In this document: in pieces, positions 1-8,618 of the stretch
How the letters are laid out: every line of letters begins with the position of its first letter
Position numbering within the stretch: position 1 is the first letter of the stretch
Assembly (NCBI GenBank): GCA_964010765.1
Contig: CAXGMD010000042.1
Span: 1 to 28,959 of the forward strand
Source: an uncultured bacterium
GTDB lineage: Bacteria > SAR324 > NAC60-12
Direction of reading: 5' to 3'
Length of the DNA stretch: 28,959 nt
Made by a program: the position numbers and the translations under genes
The notes under the pieces: generated by a model
The model's input: the letters and a program-made list of their open reading frames with translations, nothing else
Database searches by the model: none
What the model was told of the DNA's origin: nothing

Positions 1-77
1 TGGCAACGGTAGCGTTGGACACCCCGGCTGGTGCCATAGTGAATAGAGTCAGGATAAACGCAGTGGGGACATTGCAT
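1..77 (-). mobile_element. N-terminus of an IS1-like (InsA-type zinc-finger) transposase, truncated by the window edge
   Basis: The reverse strand from ATG at 77 reads MQCPHCVYPDSIHYGTSRGVQRYRC..., matching the CPxC...G...G.QRYxC zinc ribbon of IS1-family (also IS6/IS1595-type) transposases. Not in the ORF track. Confidence 0.7.
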
Positions 78-404
78 CGTTAGTTTTTCAAATCCTGGAG
101 ATTACTTCATTTGTTTGAATGACTCAATTGCTCCAACCACCAACAACCAAAATTAATTTCACATATTTGTAATGGATAAAGAAAAATTGTTTTGTTTGGT
201 AGGCTTAATGTCAAACAATTTATAGTGAAAAGGTGTGTAGATGAAGTCTAAAAAAATTAGGATTGATATTTTAGTAGAATAATTTATTGATTAATTCTTT
301 TTTTCATGATGAAAGCAAATGTTGTCCATTTAAATAGAAAGGAGGTGTAAAAAATAAATATTAATTTTTCGAACCAATTAATCCTTAATTCCAACGAGGG
401 AACT

Positions 405-1313
405 ATGTTAGTAAAAAAAATGGCCATGTTCTGTGTGATGATGATTGCTGCCAGCTTAGTTTATGCGAAAACAATAGCTCTTGTGCAGATTAATCAGCAG
501 GCACAATTCTTCACTGATATGAATAGAGGAGCAGAAGCCGAAGCTGCTAAGCTAGGGCATAAATTGGTGATCTATAATGCCAACAATGATCCAGCAGCAC
601 AAAATAACGCGATTGAGACATACATTCAGCAGAAAGTGGATGGTCTTATCGTGGTTGCCATTGACACCAACGGGATTATGCCAGCAGTGATTCAAGCTGC
701 GAATGCAGGTATTCCAGTTGTGGCGGTGGACGCCATTTTACCTGATGGGCCCCACATTGCCCAAGTGGGTGTCAACAATTATGGTGCTGGAGTAATGATC
801 GCAAACGCATTTTTGGATTATGTCTCCAAAGAGATGGGTGGTAAAGCGAACATCGGAATTGTGGGCGCTTTGAACTCTACAATTCAAAATGTCAGACAAA
901 AAGGATTTACTGACACGCTGAGCAAAAACTCTAATGTGAACATTGTTGGAGTAGTTGATGGCAGAAACGTAAGTGAGCAAGCAATGGCTGCAGCAGAAAA
1001 TCTTTTCACTGCCAATCCCTCGATGAATGCGGTTTACGCTACTGGTGAGCCGGCTTTAATTGGAGCCGTTGCCGCAACTGAGGCACAAGGACTGGAGGGT
1101 GATATCAAGATTTTTGGATGGGACCTTACCTCACATTCCATCAATGGAATAGACAAAGGTTATGTGATTTCTGTGGTACAGCAGTCTCCTTATGGAATGG
1201 GCCAATATGCCGTTGGTGCTTTGAATGACAATTTTAATGGAAAAATGAGTCCAAGAGTTGTTGATGTACCAATCACATTGGTCAATAAATCAAACGTAGG
1301 TCAATTTAAGTAA
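405..1313 (+). CDS. Sugar ABC transporter substrate-binding protein (RbsB-like, Peripla_BP_4)
   Basis: Signal peptide (MLVKK..SLVYA); motifs FF..MNRGA, QNNAIETYIQQKVDGLIV, GIPVVAVD, IFGWD, QQSPYGMG; GAGGG RBS upstream. Confidence 0.93.
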   Translation: MLVKKMAMFCVMMIAASLVYAKTIALVQINQQAQFFTDMNRGAEAEAAKLGHKLVIYNANNDPAAQNNAIETYIQQKVDGLIVVAIDTNGIMPAVIQAANAGIPVVAVDAILPDGPHIAQVGVNNYGAGVMIANAFLDYVSKEMGGKANIGIVGALNSTIQNVRQKGFTDTLSKNSNVNIVGVVDGRNVSEQAMAAAENLFTANPSMNAVYATGEPALIGAVAATEAQGLEGDIKIFGWDLTSHSINGIDKGYVISVVQQSPYGMGQYAVGALNDNFNGKMSPRVVDVPITLVNKSNVGQFK

Positions 1314-1322
1314 ATCAATTAG

Positions 1323-1348
1323 ATGTAGGGGGCTTTTGCCCTCTACAT
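1323..1348 (+). terminator. Intercistronic stem-loop after the binding-protein gene (mRNA stabiliser or partial terminator)
   Basis: ATGTAGGGGGC-TTTT-GCCCTCTACAT: 11-bp stem with one G-U pair, 9 nt after the stop codon; only a short T run follows. Confidence 0.65.
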
Positions 1349-1393
1349 TTCAGCTAATTTTTGAAAAGTTAAATATTATATTTTTAGTAGAAA

Positions 1394-2134
1394 ATGGAAA
1401 AAAACATTGTTGAAATGAAAAATATAAAAAAAACTTTTGGCAATGTTGAGGCGCTTCGAGGAGTCAACCTGTACCTGAAAGAAGGAGAGGTGCTTGGTCT
1501 AGTGGGAGATAATGCGGCTGGGAAGTCCACCCTCACCAAAATCTTGGCTGGAGCAATTGAACCCACAGAGGGTGATATTATCCTCAACGGCGAGAAGATG
1601 ATTTTTAAAAATCCAGCTGATGCAAAATCAAAAAAAATTGAGATGGTTTACCAAGATTTGGCTTTGTGTAATTCAATAGACGTATCTGGAAACATTTTTT
1701 TAGGTCGTGAAAAAATTTTGAAAATTCTTGGTCTCAAATTTCTGAAAAAAAAAGAGATGCAGGAAGAGACTAAAGAGATTTTAGATGATCTTGCTATCAA
1801 AGTTAAATCGGTAAGTTCAAAAGTTGAGTTCTTATCAGGGGGACAACGACAGAGTATAGCTATCGGGAAAGCTGTCGCATCTAATCCAAAAGTTTTAATT
1901 ATGGACGAACCTACATCCGCTCTTGCAGTTGCAGAAGTTGAGTCCGTTTTAAATCTAATCAATAAGGTTAAAAGTCTAAAAGTATCAGTTATTCTCATAA
2001 CTCATCGATTACAAGACATATTCAAAGTTTGCGATCGTATAATGGTTTTGTATGAGGGTAGAAATGTGGCTGAGAGAAGAATTAATGAAACGGATCTTTC
2101 TGAAATAGTTTCATTAATTGTCGCTGAGCATTGA
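1394..2134 (+). CDS. Sugar ABC transporter ATP-binding protein (single domain)
   Basis: Walker A GDNAAGKST, signature LSGGQRQ, Walker B VLIMDEPT, H-loop ITH. Confidence 0.95.
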   Translation: MEKNIVEMKNIKKTFGNVEALRGVNLYLKEGEVLGLVGDNAAGKSTLTKILAGAIEPTEGDIILNGEKMIFKNPADAKSKKIEMVYQDLALCNSIDVSGNIFLGREKILKILGLKFLKKKEMQEETKEILDDLAIKVKSVSSKVEFLSGGQRQSIAIGKAVASNPKVLIMDEPTSALAVAEVESVLNLINKVKSLKVSVILITHRLQDIFKVCDRIMVLYEGRNVAERRINETDLSEIVSLIVAEH

Positions 2135-2138
2135 AATC

Positions 2139-3101
2139 ATGATGCGCAATCAATTCATCAGAGAAAATATTGCCGTAATAAGTATATTTCTTTTTTTCAT
2201 TGTTGTTGTTACTTTTTTCTCAATAAGTGCAGATGCTTTCTTCTCAAAAAGGAACATACTAAATTTATTGAGGCAGAGCGCACCAGTTTTGATAGCTGCA
2301 TGTGCAATGACTTTCGTAATCACTACAAAAGGGATTGATCTTTCGATTGGTTCTACGTTGGCAATTATAAATGCTCTCTGCGCAGTTCTTTTACAGCTTG
2401 GATGGGATTGGACAGTAGTATTAGTTAGTTTACTTTTCCTCGGAATGATTCTTGGGGGTTTTCAAGGATATTTTATAGCTTATGAGGGTATTCCAGCCTT
2501 TATTGTCACTCTCGCTGGAATGAGTGTCATCAGAGGCTTCGCCCTTTTAATGACTGAAGGATTTACAATCCCTATCTCGAGTGATATCCCAATTGTTCAA
2601 TTAGGCCGTGGATGGCTCTATGGCATGCCGATACCAGCTCTAATAGTTATTTTCATAGCTGTCCTCAGTTTTATTCTAATGGAGCTTACAACTTTTGGGA
2701 GATATGTCACAGGTATAGGATCCAACCAGGAATCAGTCCGAAGATCAGGTGTGAATGTCAATTTTTACATTTTATTGACGTACATGATGACAGGCTTCTG
2801 TGCTGCGTTAGGGGGAATAATTATAGCTGGTAGACTAGGGAGTGGATCTTCAAACGCTGGTGTCATGTTTGAACTGGAAGTCATAGCTGCTGTTGTTCTT
2901 GGTGGTACAAATTTATTCGGAGGGAAGGGGACGATAGTTGGTACAATACTAGGAGCGCTAACAATCGCTGTAATAGGCAATGGGCTTATACTAGCTCATG
3001 TTTCACCTTTTTATACACAGATCATTACTGGATTTATTATTCTCATCGCGATTTGGATAAATACCAAATACTTCCAGAAAAGAACCAGAGAGCAATCATG
3101 A
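2139..3101 (+). CDS. Sugar ABC transporter permease (RbsC-like, BPD_transp_2)
   Basis: Hydrophobic; motifs GIDLSIGS, IPAFIVTL, FGRY..GIGSN, ELEVIAAVVLGG. Start refined to ATG 2139 (or 2142). Confidence 0.94.
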   Translation: MMRNQFIRENIAVISIFLFFIVVVTFFSISADAFFSKRNILNLLRQSAPVLIAACAMTFVITTKGIDLSIGSTLAIINALCAVLLQLGWDWTVVLVSLLFLGMILGGFQGYFIAYEGIPAFIVTLAGMSVIRGFALLMTEGFTIPISSDIPIVQLGRGWLYGMPIPALIVIFIAVLSFILMELTTFGRYVTGIGSNQESVRRSGVNVNFYILLTYMMTGFCAALGGIIIAGRLGSGSSNAGVMFELEVIAAVVLGGTNLFGGKGTIVGTILGALTIAVIGNGLILAHVSPFYTQIITGFIILIAIWINTKYFQKRTREQS

Positions 3102-4132
3102 CAACAGTAAATACCGTACTTGGTGAGGTCAGTTCAGATGAATTAGGAGTCGTGTTGATGCATGAACATCTCTACGCAAATAATAGCGGATGGTGGCATT
3201 GTCCTTCATGTTCAAAAAGAATGCACCTGGCAGAAGAAAAGGTGAATATTGGAATCCTGTCCGATTTAAGAATGGATCCATTTGTCAATAAAGATAACCT
3301 CCTTTTAAATGATGTCGGTTGTGTCATCAAAGAGCTTATTGAATACAGGGAGCTCGGAGGAAACACGATTGTTGATCCAACAAACATTGGTATTGGTAGA
3401 GACCCAGAAGTCATCAAGCAAATAGCTGAGTCGACAGGTTTGAACATAATCTTGGGAAGTGGTTTTTACCTAGAACCAACCCATCCTGATTATGTAAAGA
3501 AAATGGACGAGGGGGACATATCCCAATTGATTCAGAAAGAATACTATGAAGGTATTGAAAACTCAGATGTCAAAATTGGAATTATAGGAGAAATTGGCAT
3601 AAGCAAGGATTTCACAGATGAAGAGAGAAAAGTCCTTGTTGGAGCCTCTCGAGCAGCTGCCAAGACAGGAATTCCGCTATCAGTTCATTTGCCGGGTTGG
3701 GAACGATTAGGTGGTCAAATTTTAGATGTGGCCTACGAAAATGGATGCCAAGAAGGTCAAGTAATTCTTTGTCATATGAACCCAAGCTTCGACGACATTA
3801 GGTACCAGATTGAGCTTGCTGAGCGTGGAGCCTGGATTGAGTACGATATGATTGGCATGGACTTCTTCTATGCTGATCAAGACGCTCAGTGTCCGTACGA
3901 TACAGAAAACGCAAACGCTATCAAATTATTGGTTGATGAAGGCTTCAGCCATCGAATTCTTCTTTCACAAGATGTATTTATTAAGATGATGCTAAAAAGC
4001 TACGGGGGAAATGGTTATTCGTACATTTTAAAATACTTCAAGGAAAGATTGATAAAAGCTGGTTTAACTGGCGAACAATTTATGAGCATCATGACGATCA
4101 ATCCAAGATCTTGTTTTGAATTCTTAAACTAA
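3098..4132 (+). CDS. Phosphotriesterase-family (PTE/PHP, COG1735) amidohydrolase; probable esterase or lactonase
   Basis: VNTVLG, HEH metal motif, GGNTIVDPT, GRD, GEIG (Glu bridge), SVH, CHM, LLSQD, NPR. ATG 3098 overlaps the permease stop (ATGA). Confidence 0.92.
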   Translation: MTTVNTVLGEVSSDELGVVLMHEHLYANNSGWWHCPSCSKRMHLAEEKVNIGILSDLRMDPFVNKDNLLLNDVGCVIKELIEYRELGGNTIVDPTNIGIGRDPEVIKQIAESTGLNIILGSGFYLEPTHPDYVKKMDEGDISQLIQKEYYEGIENSDVKIGIIGEIGISKDFTDEERKVLVGASRAAAKTGIPLSVHLPGWERLGGQILDVAYENGCQEGQVILCHMNPSFDDIRYQIELAERGAWIEYDMIGMDFFYADQDAQCPYDTENANAIKLLVDEGFSHRILLSQDVFIKMMLKSYGGNGYSYILKYFKERLIKAGLTGEQFMSIMTINPRSCFEFLN

Positions 4133-4153
4133 ATAAATTTCTCAGAGACAAAT

Positions 4154-4915
4154 ATGAAGAAATTCCTTTTGGTAGGTGAATCCTGGGTATCTTCGGCAAC
4201 GCATTACAAAGGATGGGATCAGTTCTCAAGCACCACCTTCCACCTTGGTGCAGAGGATCTTCTAAAGGCAGTTAACAGCAATGAAATTGAAATTACTCAT
4301 ATGCCAGCGCATGAAGCTGCTGAAAAATTTCCCAGTACTCTGTCTGAATTAAAAAAATATCAGGGAGTGGTTTTTAGTGATATCGGTAGCAATACCATTC
4401 TGCTTCATCCAAAAGTCTGGATTGATGGGGAAGTTTTCCCAAATAGGTTGGATCTAGTTAAAGAATATGTTGAGCTTGGTGGCGCATTCATGATGGTAGG
4501 TGGGTATCTAAGCTTTCAGGGAATTAACGGGGCAGCGAGGTTTCGAGGTACAGCGATTGAAGAAATCTTGCCAGTAAATATCCTACCTTACGACGATAGA
4601 ATTGAAATTCCCCAAGGGTTTTCAATCGAAATTGGTCCCTCTTCTGGATCTCATACTATTCTTCAAGGTCTTGAAGGTAAGTGGCCTCCGCTTTTGGGAA
4701 TTAACGAGGTTACAGCTAAAGAAGGAGCCAACCAGATTCTTCAAATTCCGGAAAAGTTTGGGAGTCATCCGCTATTAGTTGAATGGAAATTTGCAAAAGG
4801 GAAAACGATTGTTTGGACTTCAGATATTGGTCCACATTGGGTTTCAAAGGAATTTTTGAACTGGGAAGGATATTCTAAATTGTGGAATCAAATCTTCCAT
4901 TGGATGGCTCAGTAG
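4154..4915 (+). CDS. Class I glutamine-amidotransferase-like protein (DUF1355 / STM3548-like)
   Basis: Motifs LLVGESW, SDIGSNT, MVGGYLSFQG, DDRIEIPQG and TSDIGPHW characteristic of the GATase1_like family. Confidence 0.85.
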   Translation: MKKFLLVGESWVSSATHYKGWDQFSSTTFHLGAEDLLKAVNSNEIEITHMPAHEAAEKFPSTLSELKKYQGVVFSDIGSNTILLHPKVWIDGEVFPNRLDLVKEYVELGGAFMMVGGYLSFQGINGAARFRGTAIEEILPVNILPYDDRIEIPQGFSIEIGPSSGSHTILQGLEGKWPPLLGINEVTAKEGANQILQIPEKFGSHPLLVEWKFAKGKTIVWTSDIGPHWVSKEFLNWEGYSKLWNQIFHWMAQ

Positions 4916-4950
4916 AAAAACTCCTTTCAAACACAGATTCTAAGAATTTC

Positions 4951-5844
4951 ATGAAGACTGCTGAGGGTTTCTGCCTGTTTGGTGGATATTTAAACTACGA
5001 TATTACTCTCAGATTGAATTCAAAATTTAATATTGGAAAGAGGATTAATTCACAAATTCGCACTTCTGTAGGAGGTATGGCAGCAAACTCAGCAAGTATT
5101 GCGGCTAGCCTAGGTAGCAAAGCGATCCTGTTTTCAAGCATTGGTGATGATGAAATTGGAAGATATCTGAAATTAAATTTAGAAAAATTCGGTGTCAATA
5201 CTTCTTATTTAGATCTTCAAAAAGGCCTTAAATCTCCTCACTGTATCATTCAAGTAGAATCTGATGGGCAGAGAACCATCATAAGTGAAAAGATCAATTT
5301 CAACTACTCAAAGATCGTTCAATTTATTTCGCAAAATTCAAATAAGATTAGAATAATCTATTTGGATGGATATCGTTTTTTAGATTGTGATTTGTTATTA
5401 GAAATTTCAAAAGAAACTGGAATCCCAGTCATCATTGATTTAGATGGATATGAAGGTCATGATATTGATTTAGAGAAATTAAGTTATTTCAATACAATTA
5501 TACTGAATAAATATCTCCTCAAACAATTAACAGATAACGTTAGTTTAGAAGATAATGGACACTATTTTAGGTGCTTATCTTCAAATAAAGTTATCTGTAC
5601 TTGTGGTGAAGATGGTGTGGAAACGTTGTTTAATGGCCACTTTACTAAAATTCCCGCCCCAAAAGTCGATGTAGTTGATACAACAGGAGCTGGGGACACA
5701 TTCGCTGGCGCTTACTTACACGGTCTGGAAAAAGATACACCTTTTCTAGAAAATGTTGAGAACGCAGTTAAAATTGCAAGTAGATCAACATCTTATGATG
5801 GTTCTCTTGGTCTGCTGTTGGAAAATCTTGTAAAATTTGATTAA
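4951..5844 (+). CDS. PfkB-family carbohydrate kinase (ribokinase-like)
   Basis: GGMAAN, IGDDEIG, DGQRTI and C-terminal signature VDTTGAGDTF. Start refined to ATG 4951. Confidence 0.9.
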   Translation: MKTAEGFCLFGGYLNYDITLRLNSKFNIGKRINSQIRTSVGGMAANSASIAASLGSKAILFSSIGDDEIGRYLKLNLEKFGVNTSYLDLQKGLKSPHCIIQVESDGQRTIISEKINFNYSKIVQFISQNSNKIRIIYLDGYRFLDCDLLLEISKETGIPVIIDLDGYEGHDIDLEKLSYFNTIILNKYLLKQLTDNVSLEDNGHYFRCLSSNKVICTCGEDGVETLFNGHFTKIPAPKVDVVDTTGAGDTFAGAYLHGLEKDTPFLENVENAVKIASRSTSYDGSLGLLLENLVKFD

Positions 5845-6182
5845 AAATAGAATTAACTACAGCTGTATTATGGTTCATTGAAACTACAAGTGCCTAATAA
5901 TTCAATGAAAGAAAAATTTCGTGAGGATCATAGACAAAAGCTACAAAATTTTTCAGTTTGAAAACGCAATAATTTCTTTGCATTCGTCTTAAACTCGTTC
6001 GACTAATACACTACAACCCCGACTGAAATTTATGTTTCTTCTAACGCCAGCCAGCTCCCAAATAATTTGATGATGATCCAAAACAGGGAGCATACCCCAA
6101 ATCTTTAATTCATCATTCAAAATTTTTCGAATCTTCAGGATCTTCCCAAAACAACAAGGCAGGTATTTTTTCTGTTCCAATC

Positions 6183-6974
6183 TTACCAAACGGTTTTGAT
6201 TGACCCGCCATCAACAGCGATACTGCTACCTGTAACGTAGGACGCAGCATCTGAGAGTAAAAAAGCTCCCATCTTTCCAAAGTCTTCTATTGTGCCATAC
6301 CTTTGAAGCGGAATGGTTGCCTGGCTCTGGGCCTTACGTTCCTCCACAGTAATGCCAGCTGCTTTCGCCTGATTCTTATCAATGGAGCGCACACGATCGG
6401 TATCAATTCGTCCAGGCATTAGGTTGTTTACTCGAATATTTTTGGGAGCTAACTGTAGCGATAAGCTCTTTACGAGGCTTGTTACTCCGGAGCGCATTAC
6501 GTTTGAAAGAATTAGAACATCAATTGGTTCCTTCACTGAAGAAGAGGTCACTGTAAGAATGGAACCACCTCCACGAGATTCCATCGATGGAATAACCTGA
6601 CGAATCATTCTAACCGCGCTCATCAGGTTCATATCGAAGGCTGATTGCCAGTTCTCGTCAGTAAAATCCATAAATTTTCCCGGAGGAGGCCCTCCTGCAT
6701 TGACCACCAGCAGATCTACTCCGCCAAAGTGATCGGTTGTTCTTTTGGTCCAATCTTCGATACTTTGGTTGTTGGATGCATCTAGAATTGAACTCAAAAC
6801 ATCTGCCTGGGTTTCTTCTCGTAACTTTTTGGCTGCTGATTCAATTCCGTCTTTTGATCTGCTGCCAATCGACAATTTTGCACCTTCAAGAGCCAATTCC
6901 TGGGCAATTCCGAATCCCAGGCCTTTGCTTGAGGCGGCAACCATCGCGACTTTGCCTTTTAAATTTAACTGCAT
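6183..6974 (-). CDS. Short-chain dehydrogenase/reductase (FabG-like subgroup lacking YxxxK)
   Basis: AASSKGLG nucleotide-binding motif, VNAGGP, IRVN, PGRIDT, SYVTG..VDGG. Start at 6974 has a GGAGAA RBS. Confidence 0.92.
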   Translation of the reverse strand: MQLNLKGKVAMVAASSKGLGFGIAQELALEGAKLSIGSRSKDGIESAAKKLREETQADVLSSILDASNNQSIEDWTKRTTDHFGGVDLLVVNAGGPPPGKFMDFTDENWQSAFDMNLMSAVRMIRQVIPSMESRGGGSILTVTSSSVKEPIDVLILSNVMRSGVTSLVKSLSLQLAPKNIRVNNLMPGRIDTDRVRSIDKNQAKAAGITVEERKAQSQATIPLQRYGTIEDFGKMGAFLLSDAASYVTGSSIAVDGGSIKTVW

Positions 6975-7237
6975 TTTCTCTCCAGAATCTTTTGGTTTAA
7001 GTTTGGTTATTGAAGTGACATTCAACAGACTGGAAGCTTTCCTAAGATGCAAGATGTTCAACCAAAAATTCCACGACGAAAGTTATCGGCTTTTTCGCAA
7101 ACATCGACTTTGATCCGCTTCTAAAGGGTATCCTGGTCTTCAACTAAAATTATCACTGGGTGTTCATCTAGGCAGTAGATTGATCACTTGGTTCTAAGTG
7201 GATTGATCCTCAATTTTCATAATTTTAGGTACAGAAA

Positions 7238-7639
7238 ATGGCGCATGTTGATTTAATTCAATACGAACAGGCATCGAAAGAAGTCAAAGAAGTTTTCGAT
7301 GATATCAAGAATTTACGGAAAATTCCTGATGTGAATAATTTTTGGAAATGCCTGGCCAATCACCCACCAACACTCAAACGAACCTGGGAAAGCTTGAAGG
7401 AGGTGATGGCTCCTGGGGCTCTGGATTCACTAACAAAGGAACTGATCTATGTCGCGGTGAGTGCTAGCAATGGATGTGAGTACTGCATTCATTCCCACAC
7501 TGCCGCAGCAAGAAAACAAGGCATGACGGATGAAATGTTTGGGGAGTTGATGGCGGTAGTGGGGATGGCCAATGAAACTAACCGCTTAGTTCACGGATAT
7601 CAGGTGCCTCTGGATCCACAATTTTGCAAAGAAGATTAG
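7238..7639 (+). CDS. Carboxymuconolactone decarboxylase / AhpD-like protein
   Basis: KELIYVAVSASNGCEYCIHSH (E..CxxC..H AhpD core). Confidence 0.9.
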   Translation: MAHVDLIQYEQASKEVKEVFDDIKNLRKIPDVNNFWKCLANHPPTLKRTWESLKEVMAPGALDSLTKELIYVAVSASNGCEYCIHSHTAAARKQGMTDEMFGELMAVVGMANETNRLVHGYQVPLDPQFCKED

Positions 7640-7710
7640 GGTCAACTTTTTCAGAGCAAGTGAAAAAATCGTCTCTCTGAAATTCAGCAGCAACAAGCTT
7701 GAGGTAATCA

Positions 7711-8460
7711 ATGAAAACTAAAGAAATGAAAAAAGGTGGATACGAATATATCCCAGGGGTCATGCAGTATTCTGGTGGCGTATCATCCTTGCCAGGCTTC
7801 CAAATTGTTCGTGTGAGATTTATGCAACCTGTTCCGATGGAGGTTGGCTTCCAGAAGATTGCGACTCATCTTGAGCAAACTGGCAGACCCAGAAATGCAT
7901 TTTGCGCCTGTGAACTACGATCGCCTGGACAGTTTACCCAGGCTGGTTTTGAAGAATTTAATCGTAATTATGCGAATACCCTCAGGGATTGGCAGATTAT
8001 GGTAGGGAACGACAATCCTGTCGCTCGTTCCAATGTCTGTCCAGCCGTCAATGCTCCGGATTCACCATCCTTTCACGCTTTTTGTTACACAGCGGAAGCC
8101 GAAGCCAATGAACAGACATTTGTCATCGCTGGCTCTGGAGAAGCCCCCGAGGGTAAAGGAAACTATGCGGATGTTGCTATCAGTTATGGGGACACCAGCG
8201 AGAGTGGAATCCGCTCAAAAGCAGAATTTGTTCTTGGAGAGATGGAACGCAGAATGTCTTTCTTCCAGAGCGATTGGACCTCCACAACTGCTGTTCAGTT
8301 ATACACCGTTTATGATGCACATCATGTCCTTGTCAAAGAGATGAGTGAACGGAAAGTCCTTGAGCACGGTATCACTTGGCACAACTGCCGACCCCCTGTG
8401 ATTGGCTTGGATTTTGAGATGGATTGCCGTCGGGTTTTTAAAGAAAACGTTCTTCCATAA
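7711..8460 (+). CDS. CnbZ-like protein (2-amino-5-chloromuconate deaminase family, RidA-like fold)
   Basis: Motifs QYSGGV, FCACELRSP..F...GF..FN..Y, NPVARSNVCP, FVIAGSGE, RPPV.GLDFEMDCR, recalled from CnbZ homologues; GAGGT RBS. Confidence 0.72.
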   Translation: MKTKEMKKGGYEYIPGVMQYSGGVSSLPGFQIVRVRFMQPVPMEVGFQKIATHLEQTGRPRNAFCACELRSPGQFTQAGFEEFNRNYANTLRDWQIMVGNDNPVARSNVCPAVNAPDSPSFHAFCYTAEAEANEQTFVIAGSGEAPEGKGNYADVAISYGDTSESGIRSKAEFVLGEMERRMSFFQSDWTSTTAVQLYTVYDAHHVLVKEMSERKVLEHGITWHNCRPPVIGLDFEMDCRRVFKENVLP

Positions 8461-8618
8461 AATAAGATATGAGTTCTCATTGAAAAGCAGTTGTTCACTC
8501 AACAAAGAAACTGATTGGCAGCATTATTACTACCTCTTCAGATCCTTCAAAAAGGGTGATTGTTACTGAAATGGAGTGGGTGGCCTTATTACTTGGTTGA
8601 GATGAACATGTGAGTTGA

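Noticed and set aside
300..313. TTTTTCATGATGAA, a 12/14 match to the twin-operator core, upstream of the sugar ABC operon
   Set aside because: Single degenerate copy in very AT-rich DNA with non-matching flanks; a chance match is likely.
306..350. 14-codon ORF (MMKANVVHLNRKEV) containing a perfect AAGGAGGTG Shine-Dalgarno-like sequence
   Set aside because: No start codon follows the SD at a usable distance, the mini-ORF has no RBS, and no attenuator structure was seen.
7178..7208. GATTGATC direct repeat flanking CACTT-N6-AAGTG upstream of the AhpD-like gene
   Set aside because: Too short to call an operator; no cognate regulator nearby.
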